From the human T2T-CHM13v2.0 reference genome, Homo sapiens: a stretch of 64,000 bases of DNA. Shown piece after piece: positions 17,092 to 42,906 of this stretch (within the stretch, counting starts at the first letter, position 1; every line of letters begins with the position of its first letter). A program made the translations under genes and the position numbers. Below the pieces are notes generated by a model. The model had not been told where the DNA came from, ran no database searches, and was given only the letters and a program-made list of their open reading frames with translations. Location of the stretch: assembly GCF_009914755.1 (NCBI RefSeq), contig NC_060937.1; one strand, 5' to 3'.

Positions 17092-17364
17092 GTGAGTATG
17101 AAAAAGACATTTCTGTAGCCACTTCCCACTTATCTGTGCTTTTCTGTTTTCAGAATGAGAAAGCCAGAATAGATGACTTCTTGGGTTTTTCCCAGGCCTG
17201 TATCAATGTGTTTTATTATTGATGTATTTCATTTTTTATTTAAATTGGGTTGAGAATGAGACTCTATTGAAATGGGGTAGAGATTATGGTTAAAACAGAC
17301 TGCACAATTTTAGTAAAAAAATCATTAAAAATAAGATTCCATGTCATTCATTAAGCATAATATC

Positions 17365-17704
<340 letters not shown>

Positions 17705-17735
17705 TAAGAGCCATTGTGGAGCAGAGGGAACCTCA

Positions 17736-18078
<343 letters not shown>

Positions 18079-18397
18079 TCATAGAGTGGAACATAATGCA
18101 GTTATCAAAAGTCATATTTTCAAACACCTAGAGAAATATTATATAATGTTAAGTGAAAACATACAGCTATGCACACTTATACATGAACATAAACTGGAAG
18201 AATTGACACCAATATAAAACAGTAGTTTCTGAGCTATGAGATTGTAAATGCTTTTGAAATATTTTCCAGATTTTTACAAATAAAATATTGGCATACTGTA
18301 TATTAGTTTAAGGAAAATTGCCTCTATTTGTAGATAAAAATGGTACATTTTCAATTTCACAGAGTTGAACTTTTAATAGATTTTCTTAACAGATTAT

Positions 18398-18563
18398 ATT
18401 AGCTGGGCATGGTGGCGGGTGCCTGTAATCCCAGTTACTAGGGAGGCTGAGGCAGGAGAATCACTTGAACCCGGAAGGTGGAGGTTGCAGGAGCCGAGAT
18501 CGCACTATTCACTCCAGCCTGGGTGACAAGAGCAAAACTCCATCTCAAAAAAAAAAAAAAAAA
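18398..18563 (+). mobile_element. 5'-truncated Alu (right arm)
   Basis: Right arm plus A tail. Confidence 0.85.
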
Positions 18564-18774
18564 GATTATAAGAGTACTGTAGCATAGCAGAGTATAGGCT
18601 CTGAAGCCAGATGCCTTGGCTCTCCTACTCAGCTCTTACTCTCCCTGTGTCTCAGTTCTTTTATATATGTAATGGGATTAACTATTATAACCTATCTTAC
18701 AGGGTTAAGGTGAGGATTATAGGTGAGGATTAAATGAGTTAATGCATGTGAAATGCTTAAAATAGTACCTGGCA

Positions 18775-19426
18775 GCTGGGCACAGTGGCTCACACCTGTA
18801 ATCCCAGCACTTTGGGAGGCCGAGGTGGGAGGATTGCTTGAGCCTGAGAGTTCAAGATCAGCCTGCGCAACATGGCGAAACTCCATCTCTACAAAAAAAT
18901 ACGAAAATTAGCCAGGCTTGATGTTGCACACCTGTAGTCCCAGCTACTTGGGAGGCTGAGGTGGGAGGATCACCTGAGCCCGAGGAGGTCAAGGCTGCAG
19001 TGAGCCGTGATCACACCCCTGCACACTAGCTTGGGTGACAGAATAAGACCTTGTCTCAAAAAAATAAAAAATTAGCCAGCCTGGTGGTGTGCACCTGTAG
19101 TCCCAGCTACTCTGGAGGCTGAGGTGGGAGGATCATCTAAGCCCGGGGAGGTCAAGGGTTTAGTGAGTTGTGATCACAACATTGCTCTCCAGCCTGGATG
19201 ACAGAGTGAGACCTTGTCTCAAAAGTAAAATAACAAATAAAAAAAATATATATTAGCCAGGCATGGTGGCACATGTCTGTAGTCCCACCTACTCGAGAAG
19301 CTGAGTGGGAAGATGGCTTGAGCCCAGAAGTTGAGACTGCAGTGACCCATGATCATGCCACAGTGCTCCAGTCTGGGCAACAGAGCAAGACTCTGTCTCA
19401 AAACAAAACTAACCAAACAAAAAAAA
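18775..19426 (+). mobile_element. AluJ with three tandem right arms, inside a MIR
   Basis: One left arm, then three successive attagccag...gtctcaaaa arms. Confidence 0.85.
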
Positions 19427-19832
19427 TGTATGTGAAAGATAGTTAAGTGCTGGGCAAATGTTAATTATTATATATTATTTTCATATTGAGAAAAAATAAT
19501 ATATGTTGTAAAATCATCTGTGTTTTTAATGGGGAGTAGAGATATGGATCATACTAAGTAATTGATGATTGAAGCATTTATATTTGAGTTTAGAATTAAA
19601 GTATTACATATTTGTACTAACAACCCCAGCTTCTGTGTACTTGGTCCTAATCTTTCCATCCTGATCCTTTTATCAGCTTCTTAGAATAGGTTAGTTCAAT
19701 GGAGAATGTGATTGGTAATCAGAAATATGAAAAAGAAAGTTCTAATTTACATAAGGGAAAATAGAAGGATTAATTTACTCTCCCTTTTTTAAAACTAATT
19801 AGTAGGGAGGCTTATTGGAAATTCAAGTTCGT

Positions 19833-20135
19833 GGCTGGACATGATGGCTTATGCCTATAGTCCCAATACTTTGAAAGGCTGAGGTGAGCAAATTGCTTGA
19901 GCCAAGGAATTGAAGACCAGCCTGGGCAAAATGGTGAAACCTCATCTCTACAAAAAATACAAAAATTAGCCAGGCATCATGGCATGCCCCTGTAGTCCCA
20001 GCTACTTGGGAGGCTGAGGTGGGAGGATCACCTGAGCCCAGGGAGGTGGAGGCTGCAGTGAGCCATGATCATGCCACTGCACTGCAGCCTGGGCAATAGA
20101 GTGAGGCTGTATCTCAAAACAAAACAAAACAAAAA
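19833..20135 (+). mobile_element. AluJ
   Basis: Sense dimer. Confidence 0.9.
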
Positions 20136-20194
20136 TTAAGTTCTTGCTGTTTACTTCTGAATTATTCTTTTTTTCTTCCATTTTATTTTACCAG

Positions 20195-20265
20195 GATGAT
20201 CCTCATACTAACTTAGTAACTGAAGCTATAAAAAATGATCACCTCAGGCAAATGGAACGTGAAAG
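20195..20265 (+). CDS. IFT88: IFT88 exon, 71 nt: DDPHTNLVTEAIKNDHLRQMERER
   Basis: ttttaccag|GAT ... GAAAG|gtaata; phase 0-2. Confidence 0.96.
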
Positions 20266-20714
20266 GTAATATTTTAAACTTAATAACGTAGTTATTAATT
20301 ACATTATTTAAAATATTTAATGTTTAGTATTAAGATACTTAATATTTGAAACTTAAAATAATTTAGTTTTAATTTTTATAAAAGGGTTGAATGTGCATTC
20401 TGTTTCTTACAGAACTTGTTATATTCAATATATTTCTTGAATAGTGCTATTATTTCACCATTTTTATACTTACTGGTTCTCTTTTCTCATTCAGAATAAT
20501 CTCAGTGCTCATGCTAATCTCAATTACTCAATCTCAGTTATTCTGTCAGTTGTTTCCCTCTGCATTTGGTACATTATTGGAACTTTGTTTATCTTACCTT
20601 TATTTCAAAAATGACGTCTTTATGTTTTTTTATCCTGCCTCACAATTAAGGATCAGCTCTCAGAGACAAAATTCTATTTATTTCATTTCTTCCTTCCTCT
20701 AATATGGTACTACA

Positions 20715-21270
20715 ACTTGTTTCTACTTACAACACTTCTGACACCAAATGTGTGGTTTTTCTCACACCAACAACCAATTATCCATCTCCCTGGACACCAA
20801 GGGCTTAGTCCCACAAGACTACTACCCTGTTCCTCACTACAGATGCCAGTTGTAAGCCTGTAAGCCTGGGCCTCCTGAACTCCTGACTGACCTGCTATGA
20901 ATGGAAGGCTCCCACTACCCCCTCCTCAGGGTCAGTAGTTTTCTAGGAGAGCTCACAAAACTCAGGAAAATACTTTATTTGTACTTACCACGTTATTATA
21001 AAGGATACAACTCAGAGACAACCAAATGGAAGAGCTGCATAGGGCAGAATATGGGGGAAGTAGTGCAGAGCCTCTGTTGACTTTCTGGGTGCACCACCCT
21101 CCCAGCACCTCCGTGTGTTCATCAACCTGGAAACTCTCTGAACTGTGTCATTTAGGGTTTATATGTAGGTTTCATGATGTAGGCATGATTGATTTTTATC
21201 ATTGGCCATTGGTGATTGAACTCAGTCTGCAGCCTTTCTCCCTTCGCTGGAGATTGAGGGTGGAATTAAA
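20715..21270. mobile_element. MER21-like LTR
   Basis: acacttctgacaccaaatgtgtgg, ttattataaaggatacaactcag, ccctcccagcacctccgtgtgttca. Confidence 0.6.
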
Positions 21271-21761
21271 AATACAACTGGGGTGGTGTCAGAAAAGGCC
21301 AAGTGGGGAGCTAAGACTTTAACCCCTAAAGCCTGTTCCATTCCTCTGATGTCAGTGGATGACACGTGGGGAGCCTGGAATTCCACCCCTACCCAGCAGT
21401 ACTGAAGCATCCCCCAACCCTTTCTCCTTGGGTAGTGTCAGAGGAGGCTTAGTGGAGCGTCAGGGCTTTAACTGTCACCCAGTTGTAACAAAGCCCTCCT
21501 ATCATGATGTTAGTAGGACGGACTATTTGGGAAGCAAGAACTCCCACCCTGCCCAATAGATACAAGGACCCCTCTGCCTATTCTGGGTGTCAACGGAGGC
21601 CATGTGGCAGGGGCTGGATTTCCACCTTCACCTGGCAGTGGCAAGGTGGAGTGTCTCCTTCCTCTGCTGGAGTGGTATCCAGAAAGCCAGCTAAAACGAT
21701 ACTTAAAATCCAGGGTCTCATAATTCAGAAATGTCCAAGTGTTCATTAAGAATCATTGTTT

Positions 21762-22073
21762 GCTGGGCACGGTGGCTCACGCCTGTAGTCCCAGCACTTT
21801 GGGAGGCTGAGCCGGGTAGATAACCTGAGGTCAAAAGTTCGAGACCAGCCTGACCAATATGGTGAAACCTCATCTTTACTAAAAATACAAAAATTAGCCA
21901 GGCATGGTGGCATGTGCATGTAGTCCCAGCTACTCAAGAGGCTGGGACAGGAGAATTGCTTGAACCCAGGAGGCGGAGGTTGCAGTGAGTGCTAAGATAG
22001 TGCTACTGCACTCCAGGCTGGGTGACAGAGCAGGACTCCATCTCAAAAAATAAAATAAATAAATAAATAAAAT
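21762..22073 (+). mobile_element. AluS
   Basis: Sense dimer. Confidence 0.9.
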
Positions 22074-22195
22074 AGTGTGAATAGCCCTATAAATCTTAAG
22101 GACATTGAATGATGCTTTTAAAACTCTGAAAAAAGAAACCTATCTCTAGGCCCAGATGGGTTTTACTGGAGAATTCTATTAAGAATTTATATCAG

Positions 22196-25757
<3,562 letters not shown>

Positions 25758-26142
25758 GGAATGAACATCAGTTCTACATTTCTTTCAGAACCTACTTTCC
25801 TTTATGAATGTAGAAGTACCCTACTACCAAAATCAGACAGTACCAAAAAAAAAAAGAAGAAAACTACAGATTAATATCATACGAATATATGAACATAGAC
25901 TCAAAAGCAAATTGAAATATTAACAAAATTTAAAAAGAATTATGCATCTGGACCAAATGGGATTTGTCCCAGGAATGTGAAACTGGTTTAACATGTAAAA
26001 ATCAATTAATATTATACAGGTGGCCAAGCGTGGTGGCTCTTGCCTGTAATCCTAGCACTTTGTGGTACCGAGGTGGGTGGATCACTTGATCCCAGGGGTT
26101 TGAGACCAGCCTGGGCAACATGGTGAAGCCCTGGCTCTACTA

Positions 26143-26271
<129 letters not shown>

Positions 26272-26670
26272 TTAATAATAATAATATATAGGATATCAGT
26301 GGAATGAAGGATGAAAACTACACAACCATCTCAGTAGAAACCAGGAAAATTTTTTCACAAAATTCAAAATGTTTTCAAGATTAAAAACAAAAAGTCCAAC
26401 AAGAAACAAGTAGAAAGGAAGTTCCCCAATTTGATAAAGTACATCTGTGACAAACTCACGGCTAACATCATACTTAATGGAAAGAGACTAAATGCTAGCC
26501 TGGGCAACATGGCAAAACTCTGTCTCTACAAAAAAATACAAAAATTAGTCAGACATGGTGATATGCACTGTAGTCCCAGTTATTTGGGAGAATTGCTTGA
26601 GCCTGGGAGGTGGAGGTTGCAGTGAGCCAAAATTGTGCCACTGCACCCCAGCCTGGGAGACAGAGCATGA

Positions 26671-27094
<424 letters not shown>

Positions 27095-27326
27095 TGAACT
27101 GGAAGATTCTATCTTTGGCAGTTTGCAAAACAAATAAACTTAAAACTGGAGTTAAAGACATCCAGATTAGAAAGGAACAGTTTAAACCATCTTTTTTCAG
27201 ATGACATGATCTTGTACATAGAAAATCCTAAGGAATCAACTTTAAAACTGTTAGAATAAATGAGGTTGTAGAGTAAAAAAAAATCAATATACAAAAATCA
27301 ATAGTGTAGTGCAGAAATATATTAAT

Positions 27327-27506
27327 ATCTTCTCAGCCGTGTGGCTGAGATGAAGTGTAGTATTTGTATATCTGATGCTTCCGCTATCCAAGGACAATCT
27401 GTTAAATGGATTTTTGGAGCAGGGAGATTGAATAGGACCTTGCTCCATCTGCTGTATGCATTGACCTGGTAGTGCAGTAACTCCAGGAACTGTGCACCCC
27501 CTCAGG
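27327..27506 (+). pseudogene. U2 snRNA retro-pseudogene, near full length (possibly the annotated RNU2-7P)
   Basis: Matches U2: tggctgagatgaagtgtagtat (branch-recognition region), ttaaatggatttttggagcagggaga (Sm site), gacctggtagtgcagtaactccaggaactgtgcaccc (stem IV and 3' end); A-rich tail; TSD-like agaaatatatta/agaaatacacta. Confidence 0.92.
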
Positions 27507-28936
27507 AAGAAAAGAAGAAATACACTATACACTACCCATGAATTATCCCAAAAATGAAATTAACATTTATAATTGCATAAAAATTATTAGGAATAAATTT
27601 AATGAAAGAAATGCAAAACCTAAACTCTGAAAACCATAAAACATGGGAAGAATATAAAGATACTAAATAAATTATGTCGTATTTTTATGGATAGGCACTT
27701 AATGTTATTAAAATGGCAGTGCTCCCCAAATTAATGTACAGATTCAGTGCCACCCTTGTCAAAATTCCAGCAACATTTTTACAGAAAGTGACAAATTGAT
27801 CCTAAAACTCATATGGAAATGGAAGGGAACCAGAATGGCCCAAACAGTGTTGAAAAAGAAAAGCAAAGTTGGGACTCAAACTAGAAAGCAACATTGATGA
27901 AGACACTGTGAAGACAGAGGCATAAATGAATGGAATGGAATTGAGAGACAAGGAAAAAACTCTTACGTTTATAGCCAGTGGAGGTGCCAGGAAAATTTAA
28001 GAGAAGAAAGGAGAGTCTTTTCAACAAATCGTGCTGGGAAAAGTGGATATTCTCTTGCAAAAGAATGAAGTTGTACATCTCTTTCACACCATACACAAAA
28101 ATTAACTAAAATGAACTATAGACCTAAATGTAAGAGCTAAAACTATAAAATTGTTAGAAAAAGAAGAGAAATATCATTGACTGTCGGTTAAGCAAAGGTT
28201 TTGTAGATATGACACCAAAAGCACAAGTGACATAAGAAAAAAATAGATAAATTGGACGTTATCAAAATTAAAAACTTATGTACTTCAGAGGACGCTATCC
28301 AGAGAGTGAAAAAATGACCTACTGAATGGGAGAAAATATTTGCAAATGATGTATCTGAGAGGGGACTTATTTCTAGACTATATAAGTAATGTCCAACTCA
28401 ATAATAAAAAGGCCAATAGCCCAATTAAAAATGTGCAAAAGATATGAATAGATATTTCTTCAAAATAGATACACAGATGCCCAATACACACATGAAAAGA
28501 TGCTGAACTTCAGTAATTGCTAGGGAAATGCAGCTGAAAACTGCAGTGAGATACTACTTCACACCTACTAGTATGCTATAAAAAAGAAAATAACAAGTAT
28601 TGGTAAGAGTGTGGAGAAATTGGAACTCTTAAATGCTGATGGTAGGAGTATAAAATGGTGCTTTGTAAAACAGCATACAAGTGCCCCAAAAGGTTAAGCA
28701 TAGACTTACCATATAACCCAGCAATTTTACGTCTAGATATTTACCCAAAAGTAATCAGAGTATATGTCCACATGACAACTTGTATACAGATTTTCTTAGT
28801 GATATTATTCATAATATCGAAAAATAGAAATAATCCAAATGTGCAACAATTAATGAAGGTATAAATAATATATGGTCTATCCATAATATGGGATGTGATT
28901 CAGCCATACAAAGGAATGAAGTACTGATACGTGCTG

Positions 28937-29002
28937 TTAGGTTGGTGCAAAAGTAATTGCGATTTTTCCCATTGAATGCAATTGCTTTTGCACCAACCAA
29001 TA
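28937..29002. mobile_element. MADE1 (Hsmar1-derived MITE)
   Basis: Inverted termini ttaggttggtgcaaaagtaattgc ... gcaattgcttttgcaccaaccaa. Confidence 0.9.
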
Positions 29003-29962
29003 CAATACAGATGAACCTTGAAAACATGATAAATGAAAGAAGCCAGTCACAAAAGACCACGTTTTATGATTCTGTTTATATGAAAGGTATAAATTAGGCA
29101 AATCTATAAAGACAGAAAGTAGATTAGTGGTTGCCAGGGAGTGTCTGCTAATGGATATTATGTTTCTTTTTGGGATGATGAAAATGTTTCAAAAGTGATT
29201 GTGGTGCTTGTTGCACAAATCTGTGACTATACCTAAACCATTGCATTGTAGACTTTATATTGGGTGAGCTGTATGGTATATGAGTTATCTCCCTATAAAG
29301 CTGTTTTTTAAAAATTCAGAAATATGTTTTTAAAATTACACGCCATGACCAAGTAGGATTAATTCGAAGGCTGCAAGGTTGCTTCATTATTTTTAAATCA
29401 ATCAATGTAATTCACCATACTAACAAACTAAGGAAAAAATCACGATTCAGTAATGTTGAGAAAGCTGTCTCTTATTTCGTATGTTTTTGTGATGAATGAG
29501 TGTTGAATTTTGTCACATGCTTTTTCTGTAACAGTTGACATATAACATGGATATTACTCAGCAACAAAAAGGAATGAATATTGATATACGCAACAAATTG
29601 GATAGATCTGAAGGGAAGTATACTGTGCAAAAATAGCCAATTCTGGAAGATTATATATAACCTTATTCTTTATATATAACACTCTTAAAATGATAAAATT
29701 GTAGAACTGGAGATCAGATTAATGGTTGTTAGGAGAGATGAAGAAGGGGTGGGAGTTGGAGGAAAACAAAGGAATGGAAATATAGTGGGAATATTCTGTT
29801 TCTTGACTGTTATCAATGACAGTAATCTGGTTGTGATACTTGAAAGATGTTACTGTTGGAGGAAACTGGGTAAAGGGTACATGGAATCTCTTACGTTTTA
29901 CAAATGCATGTGAATCTACAGTTGTCTCAAAATAAAGTTCAAAAGAAAGAATAACAAGATGA

Positions 29963-30323
<361 letters not shown>

Positions 30324-30971
30324 TAGTATAAAGAACAAGTTATAGAATAGTATATACATTTTGAGTCCATTTTAAAAACCACTACTTATATATAAATTCA
30401 AGAAGAAATGACTAAGAGAACTTTTACCCACCACTATAAATTGGTATATCCACTTTGAAAAGCACTTGGAAATTTTCCAGTAACCTTGACGATAACACAT
30501 TTTATATATGTACGTACGTGTACATATACATATACACACACGGATACAGATACACATATATGCACACAAAAGCAACAAATAGTAATTCAGTTTTACTCTT
30601 TACCACACACAATTTCTTCAGTGGTAATTTCACCCTTTACTTTCGTGTCTGCAGTGTAGGCTACGTAAGTTCCGCTGCAGGGCCTTGTGTTTCTCCAGTA
30701 TCTCTTCAGTTTGTCAGAAGGCATCATAAAGCAGAAAAAGAAAAGAAATGAACACCGTTGACCCGGCAGGCAATCATGGCTTGCTAATTACGTTTCCTAG
30801 TCATGGTTTTAAACCTGAATCGTAAATAGATTTCTATGGTACCTGTCCATTGTTTAGTAGGCTTTTGTGGTATGTTAGTTTTGATAGATAATGTTTACAC
30901 TTAAATTTTAGGAAATCCAAACTATTTTATACTGTATCTCTAAATACAACTTTTTGGTTTATTTGATATAG

Positions 30972-31058
30972 GAAAGCCATGGCAGAAAAATATATTATGA
31001 CATCTGCAAAACTCATTGCTCCTGTAATTGAAACATCTTTTGCTGCAGGTTATGATTG
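30972..31058 (+). CDS. IFT88: IFT88 exon, 87 nt: KAMAEKYIMTSAKLIAPVIETSFAAGYDW
   Basis: tgatatag|G ... GATTG|gtaaga; phase 2-2. Confidence 0.96.
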
Positions 31059-31269
31059 GTAAGAGAGAAAGTCTATAATACTGCATAGATGTGGTTTTTT
31101 TCATAATTTATACTTTTAAATTTAAATTAATATTGTCATTAGAAAAGTGGATATGAATGTTGATTCATATTTATCAAGCAGATAATATTGTATGTTCAGA
31201 TTAATATAGGCTATTATAAAAGTTATTAATAAGATACTTATTACTCATGTTATTTTGTAAATAAAGTAG

Positions 31270-33398
<2,129 letters not shown>

Positions 33399-34040
33399 GG
33401 ATCAAAACTTTTTTATGTAGCACATGATCGTTGTTCATTGGAATTGCCCTGGTTACTTGTTAAAAGTGCGGATAATCTGGCTCCCCACATCTTTCTCTGT
33501 AGATCTGAGTCAGGGTTCTGAGGTCTGGAGTGAGTATTTACATTTGTGTCAAGCCTCCCCAAGTGATTCTGATACCTACTATACTGTAACTCTTTACCAG
33601 TGGTATGACTGCATATTAAAATCAGGGGATTTTAAATAGTCCCAACACACAGGCTGCGTGGTAGACTAGTTGAATCAGAATTTCTGGGTGTTGGGACAGA
33701 GGGATCAGTATTTATAAAGCCGCCTAGGGGGTTCTGTGATATAAATCCCACATACAGCTCTATACTATGCAAATAGTTCTTGAATGCCACTGACTGAGGA
33801 GCTCATTAAAAGTAGAGATTCAGTTGGTCTTAAATGGGATAGAACATCTATATTTTTTTAATGCTCTCCAGGTAGTTGTCATGTGTAATGGAAATTACGC
33901 ATAATTCAACTGTTCTACTGAAAAACAGAAGAGAAAACTTAGTTTTGCAATTATTTGCAATTTTTACTATGAATTCTTCTGGCATTCTTACTATATTTCT
34001 GTTAACTTCTTTGTATATGATTAAATTATTTTTTTTTCCC

Positions 34041-34303
34041 TTTTTTTTTTTGAGATGGAGTCTCACTCTTGTCACCCAGGCTGGAGTGCAGTGGTGCAAT
34101 CTCGGCTCACTACAAGCTCCACCTCCCGAGTCCACGCTATTCTCCTGCCTCAGCCTCCTAAGTAGCTGGGACTACAGGCGCACATTGCCACGCCCGGCCA
34201 ATTTTTTGTATTTTTAGTTGAGATGGGGTTTCACCGTGTTAGCCAGGATGGTCTCGATCTCCTGACCTCGTGATCCACCTGCCTCGGCCTCCCAAAGTGC
34301 TGG
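34041..34303 (-). mobile_element. AluY, slightly 5'-truncated
   Basis: TSD gattaaattatttttt. Confidence 0.9.
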
Positions 34304-34329
34304 GAGATTAAATTATTTTTAACCTTTTT

Positions 34330-39390
<5,061 letters not shown>

Positions 39391-39394
39391 CTTA

Positions 39395-39790
39395 CATTTA
39401 CCAGTTTGTTATAATAAAGGATTTTGCAAAGGATAGTGATGCAGGGATGCATAAGGTGAACTATGAGAGAAGGGGCATGGAGCTTCCATTTCCTCCCTGG
39501 GCGCCACCCTCTAGGAACCTACACGTGTTCAGCTATCCGGAAGCTCCCCGAACCCTGTCCTCTTGGGTAAAAGGAAGGCTAGTGACTTCAGCATTCCTTC
39601 CACCAGGGTTTTGGGTGAGACTCTCATGTGAGGGCCACAAACAGAAAGGCAGGGGAAGGTCAGAGGCCTGCACTTGAGGCCTAACATCCCCATTATACCA
39701 GAAGACTCTAATAAAGGCTATGGGAATTATGAGCAGGAACCATGGATGAAAACCTATATATATATCATAACACCACAGGCCACCCCCTGA
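39395..39790. mobile_element. MER21-like LTR fragment
   Basis: catggagcttcca...ccaccctctaggaacctacacgtgttcagctatccggaagc. Confidence 0.55.
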
Positions 39791-40908
39791 TTTTCAACCA
39801 TGGATCCTTTATATAAATTCTCTCTCTCTCACACACAACACACACATTAATAATTAGTTCAGTCCATCATACTGTGTGAATGTCTTCCAGGAGGAGGCCA
39901 CTCAGTTTTGCAGGTTTCCTTACACTTGCTCAGGCTGGAGTGCAGTGATATAAAATGATATATATTTATGGTATACAAAATGATGTTTTGATACATGTAC
40001 ACATTGTGGAATTGCTAAATCCTATGCATTACCACACATACTTGTTATTTTTTGTAGTGAAAACACTTAAAATCTACTCTTAGCAAATTTTAAGTATATA
40101 ATATATTATTAACCATAATTCCCTTGATGTACAATAGATCTCTTCAACTTATTCCTTCGTCTAACTGAAATGTTGTGTTCTTTGACCAATGTCTTCCCAG
40201 TCCCACCACCCCCTATCTCTTCTGTTATTGAAGTAAGAGTCGTGACCCACTAAATTGATTTCAATAACTCAGTATGAAAAATGCCAGTCTTGATGCAGTG
40301 AGTTTGGTATCAACAAGAATTGGGTTCAAATTCTTAGTTGACACTCATTTTCTACCTTTGTGATCTCAGATCTTCCATTTTCCTATCTATAAAATAAAAA
40401 TAATCCTTTTAGGGTTGTTGTGAGGGTTAAACGTATTAATGCTTGTAGAGCAATTAGCACTGCCCCTGTTATAGAGTAAACAGCAAATATTTTGTGCTTT
40501 TATAAAGAGATCTATTTAAGTTGGGACACAAAAAATTAAATATATTCTACAAGTTCTGTAGAATTTTTCTCACCCTGAGAGCATTTAATATGGAAAAATA
40601 TGTGGAAACTGTCGTCTGTTACAAATTGTTATAATAGTTAATTCAAAAATGAGAATGTAGGTATCAGTCCAATTTTTACTTAAAATGATTAGACATTAAA
40701 ATAGGCTAATGATAAATTGGATAAGAAAAGTAATTTAGAACTGAACACTTCAGTAACTGAAAACCTGTGTTGGAGCAAATCGAGTGCTTACCTTTACAGA
40801 GTACTAGGGACCCTTTAAAAAATCTTTGAAAAGCCACATTTAAGAAAACCAACAGCATCAATATACTAAAACAAAATCAAGTAAGGTTTTTTATGCTTTC
40901 CCTTATAG

Positions 40909-41008
40909 GTGCGTGGAAGTGGTGAAAGCTTCTCAATATGTAGAGCTAGCCAATGATCTGGAAATAAACAAAGCAGTTACATACTTGAGACAAAAAGACT
41001 ATAACCAA
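40909..41008 (+). CDS. IFT88: IFT88 exon, 100 nt: CVEVVKASQYVELANDLEINKAVTYLRQKDYNQ
   Basis: cccttatag|G ... CAA|gtaagt; phase 2-0. Confidence 0.96.
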
Positions 41009-41159
41009 GTAAGTTTTAAAAAAAATTTTAGATGGAATTCCATATCTTAATTGGTCAAAGCATTAAAAACAGGTAAACTCCTTTCTAGAATAATGTTATC
41101 TGTGATTATTCTGAAGTTGAATAATATTTTTATTTCTATTTTATGTTAATTTTCATTAA

Positions 41160-41510
<351 letters not shown>

Positions 41511-42599
41511 TGTTGTTTCTTAAAATGTAAATACTTTCTTTGTATAGCATGGTTGCTAAATTATAAACCATATTCTATTCCGGAGATTAACTTTCCCCTA
41601 GAGGTTTTCAAAGTGTTCCCCAAAGCATAAAGTTTTTAGGAACACTGATTGTGCTAGGGAGCATGGGAAGCCAGGAGTCTGCCATCCTCACCAGAGCAGC
41701 TTCCTTGTAGTCTGTTTTATGTGTTTGGTTTCCTCATTGACACTGCATTGGGATTGGAAGGGTCTCATGGCTGTATGGGGTTTTAGAACCCCGCAGATCT
41801 CTCACTGGCACTGCTGCTCTCTTGCTAGCTTGGGTGGGGGGTAGAGTGGGTGCTCCCCCTTCAGCAGTCTCTCAATTAGGACAGAGCTGACACACAATCA
41901 GGAGGCTTAGACAGGTGTAAGAAAGAGGGATAACCAAAGAGAGTAAACAGAATGACGTGATGTCCTAGTCTGTAACACCAGTGGTTAGTGTCATTATATG
42001 TCAGCAACTAGAAAACTCAGCTCTTCCCAGTTAGATCCAGAGAGCAAGGACCAGAGAAAGCTATAGCATCTTTCCCACATCCTCTCCCAAGCCTATGCTT
42101 TCAGTTTATCTTCCTATTTAGAGAACTTTTTGCTCTGGGAGACAACAGAAAGGACTAACAAAGGAAGTGGGGAGAACACTATCTACTAAAGAATATGAGA
42201 GTAGAAAAAAGCAACCCCAGTGTTCACGAAATAAATACATATAATTAATGTAGTACCATGGGGTGGTTCCATTGCATATGTTAATTTACTATGCTTAATT
42301 TTTTGAGCATTTACAAAACATTTGAAAAAGACTTTTCAAAGTATCTATCCTGTCATTTAATCATCACATCCTTGGTCATGAAAAATGCCACCAATGACTC
42401 TCCAACATTGTTGTAATGCTTTTTACATGGAAGTGACGTGAATCAAATTGGTTTTTATTATCTTGCTAAAGTGCTATATGGACAAGAATAATTTTGTGTG
42501 TGACATGTACTGTTATGGATGACAAAATGGAGAAAACCATGTCTGCTAGTTTTCCTTTGACATTTTATTTTTAAATGATCTTTTTAGAAAGGGTTAAGA

Positions 42600-42906
<307 letters not shown>

